The notes: generated from the letters alone by a model not told the origin. Positions 26,101-37,173 are shown, counted from the stretch's first letter. The stretch: DNA of 64,000 nucleotides from Gekko japonicus (GCF_001447785.1 NW_015170278.1:1762357-1826356), one strand, 5' to 3'. Numbers and translations: made by a program.

Positions 26101-29100
26101 CCTTTCAGTGTAGGTGTTGCTCCTTTTGATCGTGACCCATATACTTTGGAAATTCTGCTGCAAGAGGTTCCAGCTCCATTTGTAGCTGGGCCACATGGTG
26201 CTTCTCTCCTTGTTCTGCTTGCCTTTCATTTTGCTCTTCCTCTCCTTCATACTTGCAGGGATTAAAGTGAAAGTAGAAGGGAACCCTGGACATGGATCTA
26301 GATTCATTGAGGACACAGCTGCTGAAAAGCTGGTAAGAGAACACCCTGTAAAGGCTAGAGGCAGGGTGCGGAGAGGGGCTGCTTGTGTGAGGCCACAGGA
26401 GACAGTCGGTTTCTTAGACCTGCTGTGAAAGCAGATGTCAGGCTACCTTCATAAGCATCATCTTGCACAAGCCAGACGCACTGCCTCTGGGGAAGTGTAG
26501 ACTTGACATCTCCCAGGTACTAGACATCTTACATTAAAAATCTGGTATTTGCTTGGTAGGTTGTACTCTATTTGATTTGACTCTTGTACTTTCCTATCCA
26601 CAGCACAGAGTGATCACTTCCTTCCTAGAGTTCAGAGAGCGTGAAAAACAAAGGTGAGGGGGAAGCCTGTAGTGTAAGCCAGATTTTTCTTCCCTGACCT
26701 CTTCCAGGGCTTACTTTCATTCACTTATGCCATAAGAGCAAGATTCAAGTCCCGGGGCATAAGCTTTCAAGAGTCAAAGCTCCGTCAGATGGGACTCGAA
26801 TCTTGCTCTTCTACTGCAGACCAACACAGTTACCATTGGGAAATTACACCATAACAGTAGCTGTGTTTGTCTACAGAAGCACAAAAAGAAGAAAAAGTGC
26901 TTTGATAACTCAGAAGTGAAACTGATTATGACATGGCCCTTCCTATGGAGACAGACACTTCATCAGATGCATAAAGTGGGCTGTTCTTTAATCATCAGTG
27001 GCCATCTGTCTGAAGGCAGAGTCCGAGACTTTGAAGTTTTGCTTCCTGCATCTGCTGTTCACACCCTGTGTGGCACTGGGCCAGACATCTCCATTTATTT
27101 GTTGCTCAGTTTATCCTTTTGTATAATGAAACTGGGAACTGGTGTAGCCTAATCATTAAGAAGGAGACATCCAAATTTCTGGTTCCTATCCCATGTGTAT
27201 AATGAAACTGGGAACTGGTGTAGCATAATCATTAAGAAGGTTCCTATCCCACGAACTCACCAGGTGGCCATAGACAAACTGCTGTCTCCCATCTTTCCAT
27301 GCACAATAGCATGTTAGTAATAATGGCCAGCCTAGCAAAATGATGTAAGACAATATAAAAATAAAAGCACAATGAACAATTAGAAACAAGTATTGTGCAA
27401 CATTATGACAACTTTTGCCAGTTCTGTTTGCAAATTACGTAGTTGTATGATAGATTTATTATTTGCTTCCAGTTATAATTTGCTATTTATCGGCATGCAA
27501 AGGTTATTAGCTTGTTTTCAGAGCAATCAGTAGAGTTTTTGATTCACAAGGGCATTGTAGGATCAGCCCGTCTTTTAGTTCCATTTCTGATACTGTTCAG
27601 TGGACCCTACTGGTGCATGGCTTGCTACAGTCTGAACAGTTTAAGCACCTCAGCTAAGGTGCAGGTGTGATATTCATCAACAGTTTTCCAACTCTGTGTA
27701 GCGGAGGACATGGGTGCTTTGGTAGTATCAGCCACACTTGGGACAGAAATAGAGTGTCAGAAGCAGGGTATGTGTATGCTTCAAGAACTCTTGCAAAGTA
27801 CTGTTATCATGTATGAGAGAGGTATTTTATGCAGTCCATTTTCTGTGGATAGGGCTGTTAGTCACTCTGCCTTTTGCAAATGCCCATGGTTCCTACAGAT
27901 GTTTGGGAAAATGAGCTTGAGCCCAAGAATGTGCTGTTGGGGTGGCTCTTCAATCTCTGGAAGTTAGGAAGAAGCTTCCAGAGTTTCACCAAGGTGGGGT
28001 GAAAGACTTTGTCCTTTCCTTCACACAGGTTGAAATCAGAGAAGCACCTTACCTTAGGCGATGTAACCTCCCTTAACCTAACCATGTTGAATGGGGGCAT
28101 CTCCTTCAATGTGGTCCCCTCTGAGATGTCTGCTGGCTTTGACATCCGCATACCACCCACAGTGGATTTAAAGGTACAATAGAGAAACAGGTAGAGAAAT
28201 GGTGAGCAGTTTTCAGTCTGTGAGATGTTGCCTGGAATCTATGATACCTCCTGGGAGCTGCCTGGAATGTGTCTTGGACTGTGATTCTTATAGCTGTATT
28301 TTCCAGGGTCCTTCACATTAAAAAAAAAAGAGTTGAAAACATGTTATTAAAAAAAATTGAACTATTAAGAAAGATCTCTCCTTGCATTGGTTGCAGTTGA
28401 TGATGTAGCGGTTTCTGTTGTTTAAAAGCTTTTTATTGTCAGGATAATGTAATCCATTTTAAACATTTTTTTGTTTGTTTAAAAGCTTTTTATTGTTAAA
28501 GCTTTTTATTGGATGATGTAGCGGTTTCTTGGAGCCCTGATTGGCTGTGGCTGAGAGAACCAGAAGGACTGGTCCTGAGGCCCAGTCCCATTCTCCTGTC
28601 CTTTGTTCTATCTGAGACGCAACAGCAGAGGCAGGTCATTCCTTCCAAATGCAAGAAAGCATTTGCAGCAACAGGCTGCAAGAAAATAGAGACCTCACTA
28701 GCGCAACCAATAAGGGGATCATCGGAGACCCTGCATGGCCTTACGCCAACTCGGGACACTGATTAAAGCTTTTTTTTTTTTTTAAGAAGCATCTGATTTG
28801 TACCGTTATGTGGCTAGAACTGGTAAAGGTGGAAAGCAGAATATTATGGGATAAATTGAGAGGCTTATGGAATGACAAGCCAGACTGAAATCAGGATCTT
28901 CACTCAGGAATCACTCACTTTCCCACGGTCTGTCTTGCAGGCGTTTGAAGAGCAGCTCACAGCCTGGTGCCGGGCAGCTGGGGAAGGTGTTGCCTATGAG
29001 TTCCACCAGGTAACTGCAGAGAGGAGGGAGCATTCCAGCAGCTTGTTGCCGTCCCTTAGACCTGGGAGCATTGATCCATTCCTGGTCTTTGACTCTGTTC

Positions 29101-30432
29101 TCTACCTTACGACTGCCACAGTCTCTCTGCCCTGGGTCTTTTGTCTCAACACGGCTACCTTTCTGTTCTGCACTGTGTCCCTCACTCTCTTGCGCTCCTG
29201 CTGCCGCTTCTGCTCTGCCCTGGCCACAGACTCTTGCACTGTGGGTGCTGCGTTGCTGCCTCCTCCAAGCTTTACCTTCTACCCTTCTCTTTGGGCTAGA
29301 AATACACGGATCAGTCGATGACCTCCACAGAGGAATCTGACCCCTGGTGGAAAGCATTCAGTAGCACCTGCAGGGACATGTGAGTAAGGTGCCATATCTT
29401 CCCCACTCTTACACTCGCTCCTTCGGGTGCATGTATGTATGTAAAGCTATCCTGTCAAATGCTTGGAGGAGGTCTGCCTTCCTTTACCCAGTGCCCTGTA
29501 TGTTAAGTGTTACTGCTAAATGGGCAGCTTACTGCTGGTGGCTGTTCCATTTGCAAGGCACAGAGGAGGCAATGTCAATTGGGAGGGGGGGGCGACATTC
29601 AAAGCATTCAGAACAGTGCCTGTATAAAGAACAAGGGAGTTGCCCAGTGACCCTGAACCTTCCCAACATTTCCCCTGTTCTCTCCTATGAGGTATCCTCA
29701 ACTCCAGTTGCCAGTTTGGTGTAGTGGTTAGGACGGCAGACTCTAATCTGGGAGAACTGGGTTTGATTCCCTACTCTTCCACATGCAGCTACTGGTGTGA
29801 CCTTTGGTCAGTCATAACTTCTTTCAGAGCTGTTCTCAAGAGCAGTTTCTGTCAAGAGCTCTCTCAGCCCCACCCACCTCACAGGGTGTCTGTTGTGGGG
29901 AGGGGAAGGGAAAGGAGTTTGTAAGCCGCTCTGAGACTCCTTCGGGTAGTGAAAGGTGGGGTGTAAATCCAATCTCCTCCTCTTCTCCCATTATAAAAAT
30001 GCCCACTGTCTGATGATCCTGCCTTCAAACACAGGAGGAGGAAGGACAGGGTTAACTCAGCAGTGGGAGCTGCTTCTTATGATGTCTCTGTCTTGTTAGG
30101 AACATGAAACTGAAGTGCGAGATCTTTCCTGCTGCCACAGACAGTCGCTATATCAGGGCAGTGAGTACAAGTTTATTTCCCGTGTCTGTCAGTCACTTGG
30201 TGTCTTCTCTTGTATTTTGTTGAGATCTTGTTTATGATAGTTACTTCTCCTTGCACTGTATTTCCAGGCAGGCCACCCAGCAATTGGATTCTCCCCCATG
30301 AACCGCACTCCTGTGCTGCTGCATGACCACAATGAATTCCTGAATGAGCAGGTCTTTCTTCGTGGGATTGAGATCTATGCCCACCTCATCCCAGCGCTGG
30401 CTAGTGTCCCTCCTCTACAAGCAGAGGCCTGA
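2078..30432 (+). CDS. ACY1: Aminoacylase-1 gene, 13 coding exons found (1161 nt, 386 aa + stop); equivalent of human exon 7 absent, so possibly a catalytically dead form, a pseudogene or a misassembly
   Basis: Spliced translation contains [70 protein letters not shown] and [17 protein letters not shown]. Exon sizes are 118/65/105/95/77/57/74/50/145/69/80/61/165, all GT-AG. Confidence 0.95.
2826..3560 (-). mobile_element. CR1 LINE 3' fragment
   Basis: ORF 3093-3506(-) [24 protein letters not shown]...WNRLP is the CR1 ORF2 C-terminus; the 3' tail reads gaatcatagaatcatag on the + strand. Confidence 0.93.
3580..4422. mobile_element. GC-rich non-autonomous DNA transposon (PIF/Harbinger-like MITE)
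   Basis: Imperfect terminal inverted repeats gggtgcggtcacac / gtgtgaccacagcc with ttt on both flanks; similar termini on the elements at 31789 and 47828. Confidence 0.55.
5000..5345 (-). mobile_element. L2-type LINE 3' end fragment
   Basis: Minus strand has the ...gccctttt cagtcgtagcc tcctatggaatg...ccttcagaagg...aaggcc 3' pattern, similar to the + strand L2 end at ~40850-40960. Confidence 0.5.
8025..8215 (-). mobile_element. tRNA-derived SINE (Squam3-like), degenerate
   Basis: Reverse complement resembles the 10106-10315 copy (gaacatatgaagctgccttg...). Confidence 0.6.
8240..8465. mobile_element. Palindromic non-autonomous Penelope-derived element (two inverted terminal repeats)
   Basis: gaacaaagtttgattccagtggcacctttaagac (~8250) is inverted by gtcttaaaggtgccactggaatcaaactttgttc (~8403-8436); related units at ~26733-26835 and ~35995-36165. 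Confidence 0.65.
10106..10315 (+). mobile_element. tRNA-derived SINE (Squam3-like), near full length
   Basis: A-box tggctcagtgg, B-box-like ggattcaatc, body ending taaggcagcttcatgtgt; several other copies in the window. Confidence 0.8.
11999..12063 (+). CDS. ACY1: ACY1 exon (human exon 3)
   Basis: ccttccag|ac ... [22 protein letters not shown] ... gag|gtaagc; 65 nt. Confidence 0.92.
12150..12650 (-). mobile_element. L2-type LINE fragment
   Basis: ORF 12442-12675(-) contains [16 protein letters not shown]...LQLVQ, the L2 RT C-terminal motif SRLDYCN. Confidence 0.7.
15020..15325 (-). mobile_element. Penelope-like element 3' fragment (GIY-YIG C-terminus and terminal repeat)
   Basis: Minus strand gives ..[25 protein letters not shown], typical of the Penelope endonuclease end. 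Confidence 0.7.
15330..15720 (-). mobile_element. L2-type LINE fragment, degenerate
   Basis: Minus-strand remnants of [17 protein letters not shown] and RLDY motifs. Confidence 0.6.
18118..18222 (+). CDS. ACY1: ACY1 exon (human exon 4), Zn ligand His (human H80)
   Basis: ttgcag|[35 protein letters not shown]|gttagt; 105 nt. Confidence 0.96.
19812..19906 (+). CDS. ACY1: ACY1 exon (human exon 5), Zn ligand Asp (human D113)
   Basis: ctgcag|[32 protein letters not shown]|gtaagt; 95 nt. Confidence 0.96.
20125..20396 (+). mobile_element. tRNA-derived SINE followed by an (ATGA)n microsatellite (20337-20396)
   Basis: agccagtgtggcatagcgg...ggttcaaatc...gggtgaccttgggccagtca...ctcacagggttgttgtg, then about 15 ATGA units. 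Confidence 0.8.
20808..20884 (+). CDS. ACY1: ACY1 exon (human exon 6)
   Basis: cgttag|a [25 protein letters not shown] g|gtaagt; 77 nt, ends in phase 1. Confidence 0.96.
20986..21074. mobile_element. Short palindromic MITE-like repeat; similar copies at ~33570-33647 and ~41818-41897
   Basis: cagtgcaatcctaaacagagtta...taactctgcttaggactgtactg forms an imperfect hairpin. Confidence 0.6.
21857..21898 (-). other. Putative short first exon with a 5' TOP-like start, resembling RPL29 exon 1 (orphan; downstream exons not found)
   Basis: Minus strand: CCTTTTCCGGCCCCTTGTGGGAGCCGCTTGTTCCTCAATATG|GTGAGC, a pyrimidine-tract start with a strong donor. It shares TTCCGG...GGGAGCCGC...TATG| with human RPL29 exon 1 as I recall it, and RPL29 is the minus-strand neighbour of ACY1 in human. 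Confidence 0.55.
21899..22125 (-). promoter_or_regulatory. CpG-rich housekeeping-type promoter
   Basis: Dense CpGs in a CpG-depleted background; RFX X-box-like gtcgccatggagac 21911-21924; minus-strand CCAAT (attgg 21954-21958) about 57 nt upstream of the putative start; ETS-like CGGAA; NRF1 motif tgcgcatgcg 22063-22072. Confidence 0.7.
22292..22524. mobile_element. hAT-type MITE of the TAGGGTTGCCA family, degenerate; further copies at ~39215-39450, 46140-46335, 46690-46900, 53540-53722, 59948-60103 and 62990-63195
   Basis: Ends in tggcaacccta and shares the internal gatctccagac...cccctggagaaaatggctgc-type body with the other copies. Confidence 0.65.
22672..22820 (+). promoter_or_regulatory. 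Promoter-like cluster: GC box, three NF-Y CCAAT boxes, TATA box
   Basis: gggcgggg 22672-22679; RRCCAATGG with CCAAT at 22704, 22743 and 22771; tatatataagg 22810-22820. Confidence 0.5.
23308..23555 (-). mobile_element. 5S rRNA-derived SINE with 16-bp target-site duplication
   Basis: ~23453-23535 (ggtctcccatccaaatact...ccctgcttagcttctgagatctgacgagatc) is the reverse complement of 5S rRNA; TSD cttctgctccactttt at 23292-23307 and 23556-23571. Confidence 0.88.
23744..23800 (+). CDS. ACY1: ACY1 exon (human exon 8)
   Basis: ctgtag|gt [18 protein letters not shown] t|gtaagt; 57 nt. Confidence 0.95.
23820..24010 (-). mobile_element. tRNA-derived SINE (Squam3-like)
   Basis: Ends ccactgagccacagcccct, the reverse complement of the SINE head. 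Confidence 0.65.
24925..25073 (+). mobile_element. CR1 3' UTR/tail fragment
   Basis: ttggactggatgggcccattggcctgatccagcatggcttctgttatgttctta, the squamate CR1 3' end pattern. Confidence 0.65.
26259..26332 (+). CDS. ACY1: ACY1 exon (human exon 9), trans-acting His (human H206)
   Basis: ttgcag|gg [24 protein letters not shown]|gtaaga; 74 nt. Confidence 0.96.
26604..26653 (+). CDS. ACY1: ACY1 exon (human exon 10)
   Basis: ccacag|[16 protein letters not shown] ag|gtgagg; 50 nt. Confidence 0.93.
28029..28173 (+). CDS. ACY1: ACY1 exon (human exon 11)
   Basis: acacag|g [48 protein letters not shown]|gtacaa; 145 nt. Confidence 0.96.
28941..29009 (+). CDS. ACY1: ACY1 exon (human exon 12)
   Basis: ttgcag|[23 protein letters not shown]|gtaact; 69 nt. 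Confidence 0.96.
29300..29379 (+). CDS. ACY1: ACY1 exon (human exon 13)
   Basis: ggctag|[26 protein letters not shown] at|gtgagt; 80 nt. Confidence 0.95.
29710..29988 (+). mobile_element. tRNA-derived SINE
   Basis: gccagtttggtgtagtggttagg...ggtttgattcc...ctcacagggtgtctgttgtgggg; same family as 49686-49935 and 63340-63860. Confidence 0.8.
30100..30160 (+). CDS. ACY1: ACY1 exon (human exon 14)
   Basis: tgttag|g [20 protein letters not shown]|gtgagt; 61 nt. Confidence 0.96.
30268..30432 (+). CDS. ACY1: ACY1 last coding exon (human exon 15), Zn ligand His (human H373)
   Basis: ttccag|[57 protein letters not shown]; the first candidate polyA hexamer I saw is attaaa at 31519. Confidence 0.96.
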   Translation, partial: AGHPAIGFSPMNRTPVLLHDHNEFLNEQVFLRGIEIYAHLIPALASVPPLQAEA

Positions 30433-31788
30433 GTGAAGGTTATAAGTGAGAGGCAGTCGTCTGAAGGAAGAAGACATAGAAACCAAAGAGAGAGAGAGAG
30501 ATGGTTGAAAAATTATATTCTTTCCTGTTGTGATCCAGGACCCTACTAGGGGGATGTAGGCCTTAGATGTTGTGGTTGAGAACTGGTGACTTACTTAGGT
30601 CTGGTGGCATCCCAGGACAAACTGTGGAACTTCAGCATCTCTGAATGGTACCACCTGGAGCAAGACATGTTTAAAGCAGACATTTAGACAGGCGCATCTA
30701 AAGCTGGGTTTTTTAGGTGACTATGACTGGTTCCCTACTCCTTACTGAAACACATACTAAGCATCCTTATTTTCCACAGTTCCTGGACTAAGTTCTCAGT
30801 TCCTAAGCTTTCTTATTGACACCTGTCCATTTCAGAGAATCCCCCCGACTCCTGATTCTCATCATAGAGGCTTCTTGGGATATGTAGGGAAGTGTGACTA
30901 CCCTCCCATTGGCCTTCGCCATAATTCCAAAGTTGTGCCATTCTTTCATGTGATCCTCATAGAAAAGCATCAGTTCCCCAGCTGCCAAACCCAAAAGCAA
31001 AGCAATAGGAGGAGCCAGAGGACCCTTAACCTGTAGGCATAACTGTGCTTTCTTTTCTGTTTGGGCACCTCCTGTAGCTGCTTTGGTGGCTTTCACTGTT
31101 GCCATGCCTGCCAAGCTCTATAGTCCAAGAACAAACTTTCTGGAGAGCCCAGGCATCACAGAAGAATCTTCATTTTAGCTCCACTGTCCATATGCTTTAT
31201 GGCTTTAGACAAATCAGCAGTTCTTTTTGTGTCTCAGATTCCTCATTGGTAGAGGGGCGTGAATGATGAAACTGCTTCCTTACTATCCAAGATCCTCCAG
31301 TGGAAGATAGTGATTCTAAAAAGGGCTGGAGTGAAAGCTAATATATAAATGACTCAGAGTGCATAGGAAATGGCAACTCCTTGGAGTGGGGGAACAGTAT
31401 TCAATGTGGCCATTGAATTTGCACTACCTCCCCCCCCCCGCCGCCGCCACAGCAGAAAGCAGTCCTTGGGAGTCAACAGCACAGTTACTGGCTGCAGCCC
31501 TCTGCCTTAAGTTTCTATATTAAACTGCTGTCTTAAAAAATGCCAGGCAGAATGAATGAGTTGAGTGACTGAACCTTGCATGCAAGAGGAAATGCTTTGG
31601 ACAGCTGGGTGCCCAACATTGTGGAAGAATGGTTTTCCTTTTGGGGTAAGGAACAAGCTATCCTATCAAATGTTTGGAGGAAGTCTGCTTTTCCTTACCC
31701 AGTGCACTGTATGTTAAGTGTTATTGCTAAATGGGCAGCTTACTACTGGAGTCGGGGATTGCCATCAGGGTGTTACTTGAGTATCATT

Positions 31789-32443
31789 GGGTGCGTTCAG
31801 ACGGGGCGTTTCAGCCGGCATAAACTGTATCGGTTGGAACCGTTGCAGCTTATGCCGGCTGAAACGCAATCACACTTACCTCCTGTCTGCGGAGCCCATT
31901 GCTGTATGCCCGTTCACACACAGCGGGCGTCGGCGGTTTGTTGGGATTTTTTTAACTTAGTTTGTGCATGCGCATAGGCAGCCATCCACAGAATGGCAAT
32001 CTTCGAGCATGCGCAAAACACCCCGTCCAGAAAAGCATGCCCTGAAGAGAGGACTTACCTTTAAGGTTTAAAGAGCAAACTGGCCTCCCTGAGGTCCTGG
32101 ACTCCTCTAAAACGTTAAACTAAGGACCTTTTCTTTTTTTTTTAAACAAACACCGGGGCGAAGCTTCGCCCAAGCGCATATTGCTGACCTAAAAAAAAAT
32201 GGCAGGCGAAAATCAGAAACCTTGGGCTTTCGAATGGTGGAGAGCGATCAGAGGGGGGTAAAGCGATTACAACCGTTGCACTCAGGATACCACCACTTGG
32301 GGACCTAGTGGCAGAATACAACGGTTTAAAGCTCTTTGCAACGGTTAGGGACAGAAGGCAGATGTTCGCTGTGTGAACGCCGGTAAGTACACCGATTCCA
32401 ACCGGCACCTATACCGTTGTAAATGCCCTGTCTGAACGCACCC
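31789..32443. mobile_element. Non-autonomous DNA transposon (PIF/Harbinger-like MITE)
   Basis: Perfect 14-bp TIR gggtgcgttcagac / gtctgaacgcaccc, extending imperfectly to about 23 bp; CpG-rich interior; TSD not evident. Confidence 0.75.
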
Positions 32444-34419
32444 AGAGTGTTTGCTGTCAGAAGAAAACATGCACAATGTGATCCCCGCATTGGATGACCA
32501 GATCGCCTGGAAGGCCCACAGCAGCCTCCGCCTGGTGCTGTTCCCTCCACTCCAGCAGCAGCTGGTCAGAGGCATCCTGCCTTTGAACATGAAAGTCCTA
32601 TGCGGCCATCATGGCTAGTAATCACCGATGGATCTGTCTTCATGAAGTTGTCTAACCCCATTTAAAGCCACTGAGTTACTGGCCATCACCACATCCCATG
32701 ACAGCAAGTTCCACAAGTTGTGTGTAGAAGAATTTCCAGCAAGTCGTATGTAGAATAATTTTTTTAAGTCAAGCACATCTTCTGCCTGGAATGCTCTTCT
32801 AGAAGTGGAAACCTCTCTCTTTCCCGGACCTGAGGCAAACTCTCGAACTGTACAAAATGAAAGGAATGTGTTTGAAGACTGACCTCATTCCTGGGCTTAG
32901 CATCTAAGCTTGGAAGGGGCTGACTGAGCGCAAAGAGTCTCCTTGCACAGTGGGGGGTGGGGATGGGGGAAGAGAGAAGAAGGAAAGATCCTTCATATTG
33001 GCCAGTGGGATCACCATTAACCGAGCTTAGAAAGAATTTCTCAAGTGGTGTGCCTAAATTCCTCCTCCCCATGGATAGTATGGATGCTTTCTGATTTAAT
33101 TTTGCTTCCGGAATGTCTGCCAGAGCCTCCAGCTCTTTTGTCTGCCTCCACGGTGTCTGTGACTTCACTAAATAAAATTGTTCATTTGGAATGGAAAGGG
33201 AGGCTGCCCTCCAGATTGTCCGTGTTTCACTCAAGCCCTCCTATCTCATCTCTCTTTCCTGGTTGTTTTTAGCAACTCATCTACTTGTTTGGGGAGTATC
33301 TTTCATGTGCTGCTGGTAACACAAGCCCATTCCTCATCTGTAGGTACATTTTGCAGCTCATGCTCTTTTTATATTTGATGACTGCATCAGGAAATAGCAA
33401 CTGCATTCCCTAGGAACCATGTTCACGAACACTGGCATCATACATCAACAGGCACTTAGGGAGTAGGGGGAAATTAATTTCTTTATCCGCCTGTTAACCG
33501 CTTGGGGCCTGATCACTAGTTTGAGGAAAGATGTGACGGTTTGGTTTGCCAAGCATGACTACTAGTATGACCCTGCAGTCCTAAGAAGTCACACCCTTCT
33601 AAATTCATTGACTCAGCAGGGTGTAACTCTGCATAGGGATGCACTCTGAGGGCCAAACTACATATTAGCATCGTTAAAACAGTTGGGTCTGGGTTCCCTA
33701 CAGCTACACAGCGACTTCTTTTAAAAATGAAGACTCCAAACAAGTTCGGAATATTGTTGCTGGGGGAGGAAGGGCTCCTTCCTGCTCCCCAGGCTCTTTT
33801 TTCCACTTGGAAACAGCCCTGGGGGGTTTATTTCCCCATTTTTGCTGCTCCTCATGGAGTATACTGTGTACCTGGAGGAGCAACAATAGGGAAATACCTC
33901 CTCCCCAAGCCTCTTCCACGTAAAGTAATGGCTTGGGGAGGGGGACTCAGGAGCCTTTTCTGTACCACCCCCCCATGGTGGCATTCTGAGCTTATCTGGG
34001 TGAAGCTGTTCCCCGCGGCTGCTGTGGCTATGGGAAACCCAAGATGGGTCCTGGCAACCCAGACACAACCCTGTAAAAACACTGATATATAGTTCAGTCC
34101 TGAGTCTTATAGATGAAGGCTTATCTGCCAAAGCATACTAAGAGTCTTTGGAGTACATTTACAGTCTTGTGTCCCCATGTCCCATGAGAAATTTGTTTTA
34201 GACGCTCTAGTTTAGAATTGTAGGATTCTCAGGTCAGGAGTATGTTGGTAAGAACCTCCCTTGGAAAATGGGACTACAGGTATGCATGCGTCGTCAGCAC
34301 CCTTATCGACTGTGCGATTGAACAACAACAAAATAGTTCAGTCTTGAGTCTTGTAGATGAAGGCTTATCTGCCAAAGCATACAAACCCAGACACAACCCT
34401 GTAAAAACACTGGTGTATA

Positions 34420-34665
34420 GCTCAAATCATTTGGCCACCAAATGAGAAGGGAGCACTCACTGGAGAAGACCCTGATGCTGGGGAAGATTGAAGGTCAAAG
34501 AAGACGGGGACGGCAAAGGATGAGATGGTTGGACAGTGTCATCGACGGAACGAACATGAAGTTGAGCAAATTTCAGAGGATGGCGGAAGACAGGAAGGCC
34601 TGGCGGGATCTGGTCCATGGGGTCGCAAAGAGTCGGGGTCGACTGTGCGATTGAACAACAACAAA
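34420..34665 (+). mobile_element. RTE-BovB 3' fragment
   Basis: MRREHSLEKTLMLGKIEGQRRRGRQRMRWLDSV...VHGVAKSR; (CAA)n tail. Confidence 0.93.
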
Positions 34666-36435
34666 ATAGTTCAGTCTTGAGTCTTGTAGATGAAGGCTTA
34701 TCTGCCAAAGCATACTAAGAGTCTTTGGAGTACATTTACAGTCTTGTGTCCCCATGTCCCACGAGAAATTTGTTTTAGACACTCTGGTTTAGAATTGTAG
34801 GATTCTCAGCTCAGGAGTATGTTGGTAAGAACCTCCCTTGGAAAGTGGGACTACAGGTATGCAAGCGTCGTCGGCACCCTTATTTTACTGTTGCTTTGAG
34901 GTTCATCCCAGCACTTTAAAGGGGGTATTATTGCAGCCCTTGAGTAAACTTGAGAAATAGCAACTTGATGTTTGAATCCCCAAATAGAGTTCCTTTCTAA
35001 CTAGAGAAAGAAGTAGACCCTGTGGTCATGTGTGGCGTGCAGTTCTGTTCCCTGCATTTCCAGTGCTGTCAAGGAAGCTGCTCCCTGCAGTTGGGAAGAG
35101 CTTGCAAAGCCGTGGTATGTGGCCTGCCAGTTACTGCACGCTGGTACAGGAAAAGCATGTGCAGAAGGCAAACTGAATAAAAGTAGGGAGGTACAGCAGA
35201 TGGCATGCCCCACTGAATAAATCTGAAATCCTTAACCTCACAGGGCACACTCCACCAGGAAGGTCTGTGCAAAACTCTGGCTGAATCTGCTGGTTGATTG
35301 CACTCAATGTGTATCTTAATTCAGCATTCACATCAAGAATTTGCATGGTATGATCCAGTTCTTCCTCTCAGAATCGTTTATAGGATTGCAAAACTATGAG
35401 AAATATTGCTGCCCAACTACATCATTATATAGGTGTGAAATTGTAAACTCTGGACATAGTATTAACTATCATCTAATGCTGAGAGTTGGTCCATCTTTGC
35501 CTTCTGAACCTCTGTTTGGTAAACATTTTAATTGCTTCCTCCTAGGTGGAACTACAGGCTTCTTTAGCCTTGTAAGTTCGTTAACAATCCCACTTTTTCA
35601 GGTAGCAAAAGATCAGAAATATATAATAACAAAAATATAATAGTGATTCTACTAGAAAAACAGATTCAGATATTAAATTCTATTCAAATATTTTTTTAAA
35701 ACCCTAAAATGTGGTCATCTTGTAAGACTGTAGGTTGACCGAAAAGTGGATCTTTAGTTTTGTATTCCACCAGATGGCAGACTGTGCCTGAGAATCCTCC
35801 CTTTAAGGCCCTGTTGGTGCTTTGCTTGCGTGCTGAACAATGTTTGTGGCACTAATCAGAGCACACCAGTGAATATACAGCTGCTGCTCAATATTACCAT
35901 TGTTGTAACTTTCAGTTTGATTTCAGTCATCACAGGTGTGCCACGTTTTTCAAGAAGGGGTTTTAGAGTAGATTTGGAGAGTAGGTACAACTTATCAAGA
36001 GCAGACATCCAGATTCAAGTCCAGTGGCACTTTAAAGACCAAGGTTTCCAGGTTTAGAGAGTCAAAGCTCCCTTTGTTAGAAGGGACTCAAATCTTGCTC
36101 TTCTACTGCACTCAAATCTTGATGGGCTCAAATCATGCTCCTCTGTTGCAGAACAACACAACTACTCACCTGAAACAAAAGCAGACAGTGTTTGCTCAGA
36201 AGTTCTAAATGGCTCGGAAATTGCTGAGAACAGCATTGGAGGGAACTGATCCACAACAGATTATTATAAGGCCCCTGCACACACACTAACTGTGTTCTGT
36301 AGTTTTGTAGGGCAAAAAGACCAGAGGAGCATGTATACATCTTGCTGCTCTCCCTTTGTAAAGCTAATGTCAGTGTCGTGCTAGCTGGGCTTGGAGAATT
36401 AGTCTGGTTGTGTCTATATTCTGAAAGATTATGCT

Positions 36436-36835
36436 TGTTGGATCCCAAGCATTCAAAATAACTCCACGTTGAAGAGCAAAGCAAGGTTTATTTCAAAGCG
36501 TTGGTTTAACCAGAACAGGACATTGTTAGGAATAACTACAGGTAACCAGGGAAGGCATAATATAGACATTTGAACCAGGTAAGGACCAATGAGCCCATTT
36601 CCCGCTGGCGGGAATAGAACATACAATTCGCGCCCATTGCATGGGAACGTAACAGTTCTATAATGTCAACACAGGTTCAGTTCACATGCTAGATACCCAA
36701 AACATTCTAGGCGAAGCTTTCCTCCTACAACCAGCTGCACGACCTTGGTGAGTTCCGCGGACTACATAACATAACTCCAGCAAACAAGGAATGAGAGGGG
36801 GGGGCGAAGGATACTAGACAGGAACCGGAATGACA
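36436..36835 (-). mobile_element. Possible solo LTR
   Basis: TG...CA ends (tgttggatcc...gaatgaca) and a minus-strand AATAAA (tttatt ~36487); TSD not convincing. Confidence 0.35.
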
Positions 36836-36964
36836 ATGGCAGCTAGCTGATAATGCGGTAGATACTTGAAATGACAGTGAACATTACTTAGCCTGCAAAT
36901 GGGTGGAACAAAATAATAAAACATTTCAGTGTATTGATGATTACAGAAATGTTCACAGTGACCT

Positions 36965-37173
36965 ATTTGTTGTTCAGTCGCACAGTCGGGTCTGACTCTT
37001 CGCGACCCCATGGACCAGATCCCGCCAGGCCTTCCTGTCTTCCGGCGCTGCATCTATGACACTGTCTAACCACCTCATCCTTTGCCGTCCCCGTCTTCTT
37101 TGACCTTCAGTCTTTCCCAGCATCAGGGTCTTCTCCAGTGAGTGCTCCCTTCTCATTTGGTGGCCAAAGTATT
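36965..37173 (-). mobile_element. RTE-BovB 3' fragment
   Basis: ORF 36974-37156(-) REHSLEKTLMLGKTEGQRRRGRQRMRWLDSV. Confidence 0.9.
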
